DNA of 62,792 bases, filler included. It is 4 parts of 4 records of this genome, joined end to end, with 100 filler letters (N's around TTAATTAATTAA, not from the genome) between each part and the next. Parts side by side here need not be neighbours in the genome. Positions count along the whole stretch, not along the records: positions 1 to 20,945 come from SRR20825019_1873; positions 21,046 to 46,896 come from SRR20825019_1874; 2 more parts are not named here. One strand, written 5' to 3'. The position numbers and the translations under genes are program-made. Positions 12,185 to 24,000 of this stretch are shown here, piece by piece. The notes under the pieces were generated by a model that worked only from the letters and a program-made list of their open reading frames with translations, did not search any database and had not been told where the DNA came from. Position 1 is the first letter of the stretch, and the number at the start of each line of letters is the position of its first letter.

Positions 12185-15100
12185 ATGATGTCAATCGCCG
12201 CGTGAGAGGCCACTACACACTATGTTGTACAACAAGAATAGATGGAACCTGATACACGCAAATCAGCTTTCTTTTTCTGCAAAGAATCTTGAAAGAAAGA
12301 AAAAGCTTATCCGCAAAGCAAAGGCTGATGCTGCTGCGGCTGCAGCTGAGAGAGAACGTCTTGCACGAGTGGTGTCCAAAGCTGTTGAGGAGGAGGTCGA
12401 CTACCGCATTCCGATTAAAGTGCACACTCCCGCTGGCGACATCGTCAAGTTTACACTTGAGCCAGACACTATGATCAGCGACTTGCTTAGAATGGTTCGA
12501 TTTTATCTGAGAAAGAAAGGATTGGTGGGTTGTGATGTCGAATGGTCTCAAGCGGGCTGACTCTCCTACAGGAATATGATGACTCATGGGTTCTGTTTGT
12601 GTGGGAAGGAAAGCAGCTGGAGTTTGGTTCGCTGGAGTATCACAAGGTGCCTCCTGGAGCTGAGTTTCATTACAGGGGAAGGTCCACATTCCTCACTTTC
12701 CGCAAGAAAAAGATTCCACCCCCTCCAAAACCACCCAAGCCGTAAGACTTACCATATACTCTTCTAGTGTTTTCGATATTCTAATAAGAGTAATAGTCAA
12801 CCACCGCCACCTATCATGATAGCTGGTTTCGAGTTCAACGAATTGATGCGACGGCCTACATTGATGACACCGGTGATGAGACTTAAGGTGAGGGCCCCTG
12901 TACTTGGGTATGATTCAAGTCACTGACGACAATGAAAGTTGGACCGGTACTTCTGGAATTACACTCAAAATCCTGTCCTCAGCAGCATCGAGCCCATAAC
13001 GTAACTTCACATTTTGGAGTGTGAAAAGATGCCTTAGACTGATGTTGCATTGCAGTGGGTCCGTCTGGGGAGGAACGAGGGTGACCCTTCGTGGAATGGG
13101 CTTTGGGAGCAACAATAGCGCCACCATCGTCTTGATGGACGGCGTAGAGGCCCAGGATGTCATGCTGCTGAGGTAAACTTATGATAGACACACCCTTGAA
13201 GAGAACGCATTGACATATCCGTATTTAGTGACAGGGAGATTTCGTTTGTGACGCCACCAGCTCGACGAGGAGCAAAAGGAGGGGGGTGGGTTTCGGTGGT
13301 GCTTAGAGTGCAGAACGAAGAAAGCAAGCAGTTCTTCAGGCATGATTCATTCTCTTTGTTTTTTGCGCCTATATCTGACACCGGAACTCATAGATTCCTA
13401 TACGATGGGCCGGTGGTTGAGCGGTTGCATCCTCATCGCGGGTTGGAGGAAGGAGGCACACTCGTCACAATCGATGGGACTGGATTTGGTCAGGATGCCA
13501 AGAATGTCAATGTCACTATTGGAGGGGTTCCGTGTCCCAAGGTTGAGATAGTGAAGCCAGGAGTGAAGGTAGTGGCTACCACTCCTCCAGGGAAGGGTGT
13601 CATGCTTCCTGTAGTCGTTACTGTCATCAAGCCCAGGGCAGAACAAGGAAAACATATCTTGAGTTCTATCGAGACTGCGGAGACGAAGTTTGAGTATGGG
13701 TTGACGTTTGAAGAGTTTGATCTGTTCGTAGATGTTCTTGACAGGTCATCATACCTGGAAAAACCAAAGGTGAAGGTAAACGTTCGCTCACCGTTTGTAT
13801 TCGATTGCAATGATCTGTTGAAGAACAGTCAAAATCCTGCAAAAGAAGAGAATGACATTGTTCGGATGATAGAAGAGAACCGCGTGACATTTACGAATAT
13901 GTATTTTTATTACGCATCGTTCCGGAGCTCCTCCGGTGAGGACGCCACATACGAGATGTCGGCTCGTCAGTTTCATACTGCTTTAGAGGATATGCGCGTC
14001 ATCGGTTCCGCAATGATCGGAGGTCCCGTGGACTTTCCAACTCTCTCAGCAATCATTCGAAGGTCTAACCGAAACCAAAATCTTTCGGGAGAGGTTCGCT
14101 TTAAATATAGCGAGTTCTGCAACGCAATAATCCGTGTTGCTGCAATGAAATGCTATAGTGAATTCTTCTACGTTCAAAATGAGCTTGGAGAGAAACGATT
14201 GCCTGCCATGGTGAAAAATATGTTGGAAAGAAGAAACTTGAAGAAACTGGTGGCTGGGGCGGTAATCGCAGGATCTATGCCTCTTGCAGAACGGGTGAAA
14301 CTCTTTCTCACCCAACACGTAGAGAAGAAGGCATGTGTGCTGGCATCTCAACGCCATTTTCTGTCTATCTACCTTGCCCGGCCTATTCAAGAAATTTTAT
14401 TCCAAAGGAAACCTCTCTTGGAGTCCATTTTCTCCATATATTCGACTTCAATTGGCGAGATGCTGTGGCCGGGGGCTCTGTCATTTGCCAATGAAATGCA
14501 CATGATCGATGTTGTGAACTTCAGGAGGGGCATTCTTGAGAAGACATTCCGTACACATCACATCCAAAAACTGCAAAGCCTACAAGAGGAGGATTGGACT
14601 GCCCGCTTTATGAAGCGCCTTGAAGACCAGTACGATTCCATGGCGGATATGACAATTTATCAGCGCGAGGATACAAATATCGATAGGGATTCAGACACTG
14701 ACGAAGATGAAATGTTAGCTATATATGAATCAGTGCTCAATTCAGACTTCGACATTCCTAATCATGACTTGTACGGTCGTGTTTTGGAAGATGGTCACGT
14801 GCTTAGCAGTATGATCGTAGAAGGCATGGATGATGCGGTCGACCGTACGGTGCAGAGGATTTCCGCATCCTATGATGATGACGTTTACTTCAACGAAGGA
14901 GGTGAAGCCGGTGAAGCCGTGGGAGATTTCGCTGACGAGTCCGGGGTGGCCGAGCTATTATCCAATGCTGAAGCAGAGGTTGTGGAGTCTAGTTTTAACG
15001 ACGGAGAGACTGAAATCGTAGATGACACCGAAGAGCTGATGAAGGGCATGTCTCCTGTTGAGCGTGCTTCCTTCAAGATATCTATGGGAGAGGAGGTGGT

Positions 15101-15638
15101 GGAGGTCAAAGATCACGGAGAAACAAGAATGGTCAAACCCCACAAGCTCAAGCTCAATCCAGCGCAGATTCGAGCGGCATTTACGCTCACCAATATGGGA
15201 TACTGGGCTGACGGGGACACCATTGGGTGTAAGCATGAAACTTTGTGCCGCGGCGATACTGCTGTGTGTCCCGAACCGGAAAAGTTATTGCAAACCAAGT
15301 TGGCAATGGGATACGAAGAATTCCAAGAGTTCATTGTCCGTTTGCTGTGTATGGACGCAGGATGGGATTTCACTAGTAAGAAGCATCTCACAGTCGAGAG
15401 GGTGGCAGTTCGGCTTGAGGCCGTGATTGTTGCGATGGCTCTACTTAGCGAAGGGTCTCGGATGACTGTGCAAGAAGCGGCCTCGCAGCTGAACATGTTT
15501 ACATCGTCATCTCTTGTTATGGGAGGATCGCCAATGTCTATGATTGCTGCAGCATCCAAACGCTCTCCATCAATGCCAGAAGCGGCCTCACCATCGCCCG
15601 ACAATATCCCGGATATTGATCCTTATCCCGACCAGTGA
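12185..15638 (+). CDS. Protein with N-terminal ubiquitin-like segment, two IPT/TIG domains and an EF-hand-like C-terminal region; multi-exon
   Basis: IPT1 is assembled across short introns (PVLSSIEPITGSVWGGTRVTLRGMGFG...ISFVTPP). IPT2 is PVVERLHPHRGLEEGGTLVTIDGTGFG...VATTPPG. The ubiquitin-like segment is IPIKVHTPAGDIVKFTLEPDTMISDLL. The start is uncertain: 12185/12188 with intron 12202-12241, or 12222. Confidence 0.72.
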
Positions 15639-15674
15639 ACTGCAAGGGGCAAAGGAGATGAAACCTTCCATTTA

Positions 15675-18600
15675 CTATCGCCGTGATCTAGATCCGGACC
15701 GCTGAGAACGAACACTCTCCGGTGTCGGCATTGTCTTCGCCTTCTTTGATGGCTAAAACAACATAGAATGAGTTACGTACACCCTTCGCAGCAATAAAGA
15801 GCAAACCTACCGTCTCCATCTCCTCTTCCACTTGCTGCTCCTGGTCCTCATCATCGCTCACCCGACCACGGGAGGAAGTCCTAGTCCTCTTGGCATTGGG
15901 GGTCATTTCCGGCGGAGGCGGAAGTGAATCAGGTCCATTTCGACTAGGGGGCCGCGGAGGCTTCTTCGCACTACCACCCCCTGCAGTATTGCCAGTAGCC
16001 AGTGCTGCGGCATCCTCCCTCGCCTTGCGGCGGCGCGCGGCCTCAGCTTGAATATCTTCCAGCTCCATACCGGCCTCAACCATCTTGATATACTGATGAT
16101 CAGTCAAACCGTCATAATTCACCACACCCTCACGCTGGGTCCTCTTCCGATCGCGCTGACCGCGCCCAAAGTTACCGGCCTGGTCCTCCTCGATCCGCGT
16201 TAGCTCGTTCAACGCAACTTCCATGCGACGTCCATCGTTAAGCTCAACCTCGAACATACTGCCTCCATCTAGCTCCTTCTTAACCCTCCCAACAACACCA
16301 CCGAGCTCTTCTTCCCTGTAATTCTTACGATCACCGATGGCAACGAAGTCCCCGACCTTCACAGAATTCTGAGTCAACCACTCCGGTACCTCCTTCTTGT
16401 CAATCAGTCGCGGGGGCGGCTTGCCCTTGTTGCCGTTCTCGCGCCATTCCTTCAGCACAGCCATCTCAGTTTCTTCATCCATCTTCTGGAACATATCGAA
16501 CTCCTCGTCACTACGAGCCATCAGCTTGTTGAGTGTCTTGTCCGTGGGAATTTCGTTACCCACATCAGGGTCGTCAACCTCACTGCTAATCAAGGCTAGC
16601 TTATTCTGTAGCACCTGGCGACTCTGGTGTGAGTTAGTCTTGTTGTTGAATTGACCAGCTTCAATGGCGAGATCTTCCATTTCGAGTTTGGAATTCGCAC
16701 GCTGAAGCAAGTTCTCTTCAACAGTATTCGGAGATATAAATCGGAGAACTAGCACGTCGCTCCTCTGGCCAATACGATGGGCACGGGCCTGGGCCTGTTT
16801 ATCCATCTGAGGATTCCAATCACTGTCGAATATGATGACAGTGTCCGCGGTCTGAAGGTTGATTCCCAAACCTCCGGATCTCGTGCTGAGAAGGAAGATG
16901 AAAATGGACGACTCAGCTTCATTGAACTCAGCCATCATCTGCCCTCTTTCTTCACCAGCAACACCACCATCGATACGCCTAAACTCATACTTGTACATTT
17001 CGCAGAACTCTTCAAGAAGATGCAAAACCTCGACCATTTGACTGAAGATGAGCACCTATTTCGCAACAAAAGATTAGCCACCGAAACCAGCTGTAGGACA
17101 CAAATAACTACATGTACACACAACACACTTAAAATTTTCGGGCTATGCTCCAGCCGCACATCCCCACAACTTCGAGACGCGAACCCCAATGGAGAAATCC
17201 CAAGCCATTTTGGAAGGTTGTATCGGCCCGGCAGCTAATGGTAAGCTGAGAACCTTCTTCCCTTCCTATCCCACCCATTCCCAACGAGACTTAACCACTG
17301 AATACTACTCACCCTATGCCCAGCCGCCTTCATCTTGGGCAAAATCCTGCTCAAAAGCTCGAACTTGCCACAAGAACGGATGAGAAATCGGTACTCATGC
17401 TCTAAACTCTGCATGGAATCGAAGAGAAGAGGGTGATTGCACACCTTCCTAAGCTGCATCAACGTATTGTTCAACGGTTTCATACCCTTGCCCGTGTTGG
17501 GGTCCACGCCCGACAGGGCACGATTCTGAATCTGCTTGTACAGTGTCTTCTGCAAGGCAGACAGCTCCGTCTTCACAACAACCTCCTTCTTATCCGGCAA
17601 CTGCAGCTCTGGGATATCTGACTTGATGCGGCGGAGCAAGAACGGACGCAACACTTGATGGAGACGATTGATGATAAGCAATTTCTCCTCCTCATCCAGT
17701 TCCATGTCTTCACCAGTACCCATAAATGGCGCAGCGAACCAATCCTCGAATGTCTCAGATGTTTTGAACACATTAGGAAGGAGGAAGTTAAGCAGGGACC
17801 ACAGCTCCGTGAGCGAGTTCTGCAGCGGCGTTCCAGTCAGGATGAGACGACATTTTGACTTGTAAGACTTTGTAAGTGTCTGGAAAAGGAGGGAATCCTT
17901 ATTCTTCAAGCGATGACCTTCATCGATGATAATATACTGCCACTCGATTTGACGGAGGAGCCTCTCATCCTTCTTCATCATTGGGAAGCTAAACGAAAAT
18001 CCCGGTAAGATTACAGATGACACACAATAGAAACCATCGCAACTTACTTATAAGTGGTGAGGCACACGTGAATCTTCTTTGACTTAATCTGCTGGTAAAA
18101 AGTTGCCTCACGATCCTCAGGCCTGCCTTTATACACGGCCAAGTTAATATCCGGCGCCCAGCGATTGAATTCAATCGTCCACCCAGGAATAGTTGCCAGC
18201 GGCACAATAACTAGGAAGGGGCCATTGTTCTTGCCAGACTCAATCAGATGGCACAGCAAGGAGATAGTCTGAATGGTTTTTCCCAAACCCATTTCGTCAG
18301 CAAGAATCCCGTTCAGCCGGTTGTTGTACAAAGAAACGAGCCATTGGAGCCCAGTCATCTGGTACTCCTTCATAATCATATCCTCATTGCCCCCACCCAT
18401 CATCTTGGGTTGCTTCTCGATAATCTCACTATGAGAATGCACGAGCTCGTACAGCTCCTTGCTCTTACCCTCGAACTCCTCTTCTTTTTCTTTTGCTTTC
18501 TCCAAGGTGGCCTCGCCGTCATCAGCATCCTTCCCACCGTCGGGCTTCTCCCCCTCTTTATCATCTATAACCTCTCCGTTCTCCTTGTTTTCATTTTCCT

Positions 18601-19739
18601 TATCCGCCTGTGCCTTCTCCTCTGCCTCTTTCTCTTTCGCTGCCTTGGCCTGCTCTTCCTTCACCATCTTGGCAAGCTGGTTCATGTAGCCATCCGTCTT
18701 TCCAAGCAAGGCCATAAGGCGCTTGTTCCGAGACTGCGTGACCCATTTACGGTACTCGTCGAAGTCGTTCGTCTTCAGTGCCCTCAACCGAGCCTTTGCC
18801 CTGATCCTCTCCTGTCGTTGCAACTCAATGAAGTAACTATTGACACCCTGAACCACCTTTGCACGTTTCGCACGGTTTTTCTGGTGGTGCCTTGAGAACT
18901 CTTGCTGATGACGAATAACCGATCGCAAGAACTCAGCATGTTTTGCCCTCCTGCGCTGTTCGATCCGCTGCTTCTCCTTTTCAGCACTCACGTGATGACC
19001 ACGTATCTTACCATACTCCAAGCTAGCATTATTCTTCTCGTACACAACCTTCTTGAGGTCTGGGCCCATGACGCCAGGCATCGTCACCTGCTGATGGTCC
19101 ACACAGAAACGCAAACGCAGAGCCCGCTGCTGTTCTAGCAGTTGCAGCTTGAGTTTTTCGGTCCTAATTGCCTTTTCATGTTTTTCATCCTCTGCGGTGA
19201 TCGCCTCCAGGGACCTTTTCCGAGCATCCATCCGTTCCTTCATGCGTGTGATCCTTGCCTCCCTCAGAGTTATCACATCTTCGACAACTTCAGCTGGCAA
19301 CTTTGCGTACTGCTCCCTTAAGTCAGACGAGAACGCTACGACAATATATTAAGAAGACTATACCTCCTCTATGGTCACAGCACCACCGCCAAGCTTCTCC
19401 ATTTCAATCAGAAACCTGGTAGGAACCGCGAGGTTTGCTGCAAGCCTCTTGTATGCGTGCAGCTGGTTGTTAAGAACCGCTGCGTTGCTTGCTATAGACA
19501 GCTCATCGGTTGCGCGCTGAACAAGACCATTGCGGTGATATTCAACCATCGCCTCCAAAGTCTTGTAGTCTGGATGCGTTGTTGACACTCCGTCCTGTTC
19601 CATCTGGCCTAATACCTACAGGCGCCTCACATTAGAGCAGTAGCATCATCAGGCACATCCGTCGTACCTGGACCAACTCAATAATTTCTTCGCACTCCAG
19701 CCATCGCGGCTGAGTGCCGCTAACCCCAAAACCTGCCAT
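15675..19739 (-). CDS. SWI/SNF ATPase, SNF2/BRM/BRG1-like (QLQ, HSA, SNF2_N, helicase C, SnAC; no bromodomain seen)
   Basis: Motifs: NNQLHAYKRLA (QLQ-like), an HSA-like helix, LNGILADEMGLGKTIQT, IIDEGHRLKN, LTGTPLQN, LRKVCNHP, FLLSTRSGGLGINLQTADTVIIFDSDWNPQMDKQAQARAHRIGQ. A final 58-nt intron gives the C-terminus PSKKAKTMPTPESVRSQRSGSRSRR* (TAG 15675-15677). Confidence 0.93.
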
Positions 19740-20945
19740 GTCGACTACCGAGAGACCGGCGGTGGCCTCGTGACAACATCTCAATATCTCTCCTTTCTCA
19801 AGCAAATATTTAAGCGTGAGCAATTCTTCGCTAGAGATCGTCATGAAGGACTGTGGGGCAGGGGCGACTTCTGCTAGCCGCTACTGGACAGGAACCTGAG
19901 CCGGCCAGCTTTTGGTTGGTCTTTGATCGGCGGGCCAACCACACCGAAAAAGAACATCGGCTGCTCTCCATGATGTTCGGCATCTGATGGCACCCTGGCA
20001 GCACCCTACCGACGTACCCAGCTCCCAATATTGGCGACTGGTTACAACACCAAGCAGGAACCCCTTCCCGCCAGTTTTCAGAGGGGCGCTCCAGGCCCGA
20101 GGGCGCGCTGGGCATCCGGATGAGGGTGCCGGCCGGCGCCGGTCCCGGCCAGCCTGTGCGGCAGAACGTCGAAGCAGCCCACGGCTTGTCGGTCATGGAA
20201 AATCAAAGAAGGAAAATATTATGGCGGGAATGGTATATCGAGATATATGTTATTTAAAGATTCGAGGATATGCCACGGGACGTTAAGCTGTTTGAAGCAT
20301 GGTCACAGACCGGGCCGCTGGGGGCCCAGTGTGGCCGCGCAGGCGGCTGCGCGGCCGGCCCCGGCGCGGCCCCCCGGCTAATCGAGCCGGGGGGTGGCAT
20401 TCAGTGGCCAGGACCGCCGGTACCGGCTGTGCGGCCCCCGCCGGTCGGGGTCGGCCCGGCGGGCACAACCTGGACGGCAGGCCGTCCCCCAGGGCCTTGT
20501 GCAGTGGCCAGCAAGGCCGGACACTGATGACCGTCCCATTGATCGTCCATGACTCCGTGGCGCAGCGGCAGGCGGTCCCGGGGGGGCCGGGCCGCCTGGC
20601 CCGGGGCCGCCCGACGGGCGGCGGCGCCCCGGCGTCTCACTGCCCTAGCTCTACTAGTCGTGGTGGCCGCTCCGGCGAACCGTGCGGACGGACCTAAGCC
20701 GCAGACCGACTCGGCAGCCAGGACTGGCTGCGATCGTCGATGGGGTCGGTGGGCCCCGCGCCTCGCAGGCACGGGAAGAGCGGCCGGCTCTCAGTGGCGC
20801 TCGAGCGACGACAAAAGCAGACCTGATCATCCTGTCTTCCTCCGGCGCGACTGTTCGCCGGCGGCCGCCGGTGGTCAAGCGGCAAGGTGACAAGACCGAA
20901 ACGTACTCCTTCAGACGAGTCTGTTCGCAGTGCGGGGGTGCCTGG

Positions 20946-21045
20946 NNNNNNNNNNNNNNNNNNNNNNNNNNNNNNNNNNNNNNNNNNNNTTAATTAATTA
21001 ANNNNNNNNNNNNNNNNNNNNNNNNNNNNNNNNNNNNNNNNNNNN
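20946..21045. other. Artificial contig spacer (N-run / TTAATTAATTAA / N-run)
   Basis: A 100-nt N-padded linker carrying stop codons in all six frames. Confidence 0.98.
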
Positions 21046-21046
21046 G

Positions 21047-24000
21047 TTCGCCGGAATGGACGAGGCCAGCGGTCCCCTCCCTGAACCCAACGACGATAAC
21101 AAAGCCGTTGCGCAGCCGGACCCGGCAGATTGGAGTGGAGGTGCGGGATGGGACGAAAGGGGTTCGCTTCCCCAGGAGGAAGATGACGGGCTTTCTTTTG
21201 GTGAACAGAGAGACGACAGCATGGATGATAGCATGGTCGATAGTTGGGATAGGGCAAACCCTGCCGATGACTTCAACTATGGCAGCTCCTCTCCATCGAT
21301 GGGTGAAGACGCTAGTGGCGAGGCTGCTACTGAGGGCGTTGATCACATGGCGAAGAAGGTTAAGTCGTCTGATGGCAAGGCGCACTTCGAGAGCAAGCCG
21401 TATAAGAAGGTAAAGCAGTCCACGGGCAATGACAATATTAATGCCAGGGCGGCGGAGGAAGATGCACTTCATGCAAATGACTCAGACGACGACGATGCCG
21501 ATCTGGCTGCCGCCGAGAAAGATGCGGAAAGCGCTGGAAAGGAAGGAGTTGATGCGGCCGTCGGTGACATTGTGAAGAGTATGGGGCTTGAGGGTTTGGC
21601 GGGCTATGGAGAGAAGAAGGCAACTGACTATGTATCGAGCAATGAATATAGTCAGCCACTACCCCAGCCTGACCATGCTCCCACTCCTACCGAAAAGAAG
21701 CTTGCCGCCAAGAAGGAATACGATGACCAGGTGCAGAGATTGAAAGATAACCCCAGGTATTCGGCTGAGGACTTGAACCAGGCGATCGCTCCTCCGAAAA
21801 AGTACAACTACAAGAAGGAGCATCACCATAAATCTTCACACGGGGTTGTTAAGGCAAAGGTTGTTTCCAACTTAAAGGCAGATAAGAAGGAGCCTCCAGC
21901 GCCCATGAAACCAGCTGAGATTGTGAACAAGAAGAAAACTGAAAATTCTGGTGGTTTTCACGACGTGAAGACTGTGTCTAAGGATGAATTTGCAGCCAAG
22001 GAACAGGGCAAGACCAAGACTGATGATGGCAAGGCCGGCAATGAGCCTTCGGAAGGCTCTGCGGAGCCCACTGTTGCTGCTGCCGCGGCCGGAGCATCAG
22101 CCACTGCCGCCTCGGCTGGAGCGATTTTGCCTGGATCTGCTATGGCTCCTGGGGACAAAAAGTTTGTTCAGTCACATGCGGTGATTCGTAAGTCCATCAA
22201 GGCGGAGACACACAATGAGGTTGTTGCAAAGGCAGAAAGTGCTCTAAAGAAGGCTGCTGCTGCTGGTGGAGGGATTCCTACAACTGCACCCTGGTATGCA
22301 CAGTTGCATGATGACCATAAGGTTTCCGAACGGAAGGCGGCCACTGCTAAGCATAACAAGGCGCCCAGCATTGTAATCGAGAAGGACAATAGCCGTTGGC
22401 ATGCTGCCTCTACCTCTAGCGGGAAGCCCGCTTCCACTTCCGGTGAAGCTTTGCTCGCCGTGACGGCCGGTGGGAACGAGGCAGCCGTCGATGCTGTGAA
22501 CGTAGCAGTGCCCAGTGCGAATCCCAACTCGGCCGATGCAGCTGACCCTAGGAATGCCGCTGCTCATTCGGATGCGGACGCTGTGAGAGAAGAAGACAAG
22601 ATGGTCAGCGATGCCTCCTCAATCGTTCATGACCACGACAAGGATCATGTTGCCGTGCAGCCTCCTGTCGCTAAGGGTGGCGAAGATACTCAGCCTAAGC
22701 ATCCCAAGAACATGCAGTCCCACGATAATGTTGATTTCTTGAACATGGAGTCATCAGCTAGCAGGGCTATCGAGCACATTAACCGTGCTCGTACTAAGTG
22801 CATGCCCGAGGCGCTGTCTCCATTGAAGAATTACCGCCTCGTTTCTGATAACCAAGGCGACTTGCGCTTGGAGGCTTATGGAAGCCATATTAGGATCGCC
22901 TACAGTCGCCACTCGGATGGGTCTTCCTTCAAGGTGAAGTCTGTTCACCCCTCTCCATGCATGATTTCCATGCCGAATGATCTTGGCAGTAAGCGTGCTG
23001 AACACATCAAGTCAAAGGATGTGCGCAGGGCCGCGGACATGGCGTTAAAGCTCATCAATCAGAAGAGACTCGCGTGCCACTTCTTGGACGAAGATACCGA
23101 CAAGGTTCTGTCAAAGGACGTCATGAGGATAGAGGCTGCCGAGGAACAGGTTGTACGAGGCCTTGTCTACGAACTTGTCCTGTCCTTTAACTTTGGCAGC
23201 AAGGCTAAGGCGGATCCCTCACTTGATGCCAAGTCTGCTGAAGTGAAATCTCCCGTCAAGAGAATTAGGGTTGTAGTCGAACTGACCCCCGGTGCTGGCC
23301 ACAGTCCTGATAAGCTGGAGTCTTATCAGCTCAAGGAAACCGTGCCCGACGCTTGCCAACTAAACCCGATGTCGCTGGCTCATAATAAGGTGCCTTTGCA
23401 GAGTGACGCCAAGATGGATGAAATCAATAATGACAAAAACGTCCAGTGGAAGGCTGCCAAGTATGATAGATTTGAGGGAATGTCGCTGGAGGAAGGCCAG
23501 GTGATGGCTGGTGGTGTTCTGGAGGCAACCAGAAGTTACACCACTACCAATCCCTACGAAGTGCTGAGATATTCGGAGTCCTATTCAGCCCCTGAATCTT
23601 TTGATATGCGTACTGAGTACCCCAAGTGTCCCCTCACTGTACGCGACCAAGGCGAATGCGGGTCTTGCGGTAGCTGGACTGCCACGGGCGTTCTGGCAGA
23701 CAGGTTCTGCGTTGCCACCGGTGGTGCGTTGAAGGGCCTCTATTTGTCTCCTCATGATGTCATGACCTGCGATTCTGAGAATGGCGGGTGCTGTGGTTCT
23801 GTTCAAGCGAGCAACTGGGAACACTTGAAGAATGCCGGTGCCATGGAAGCCCGCTGTAAGCCATATTTTGCCCGAAGCTCCAGCAGCGGCATGTGCAACA
23901 CCAATGGCGACACCTGCACCTCCGCTCCGGCATCTGATTGTGAGCGGTTCCGTGCAAATGGCTGGTATGTTGCTGGTCGTGCCGCCACCCCGAGCGCATC

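Noticed and set aside
17100-17270. U1/U-snRNA, SRP, RNase P or TPP-riboswitch identity for the long SNF2 intron
   Set aside because: Only short fragments resemble these (CTTACC, TCCATTG, GCCGGGC, an AU-rich Sm-like site); the defining conserved motifs are absent.
19850-20945. Many overlapping Arg/Gly/Pro/Ala-rich ORFs in GC islands (also 25100-25600, 27950-28300, 32650-33030)
   Set aside because: Stop codons are depleted in very GC-rich DNA, and the peptides have no protein-like composition.
20946-21045. TTAATTAATTAA palindrome repeated three times in the window
   Set aside because: It is always embedded in N-runs of the same layout, so it is an artificial six-frame-stop linker, not biology.
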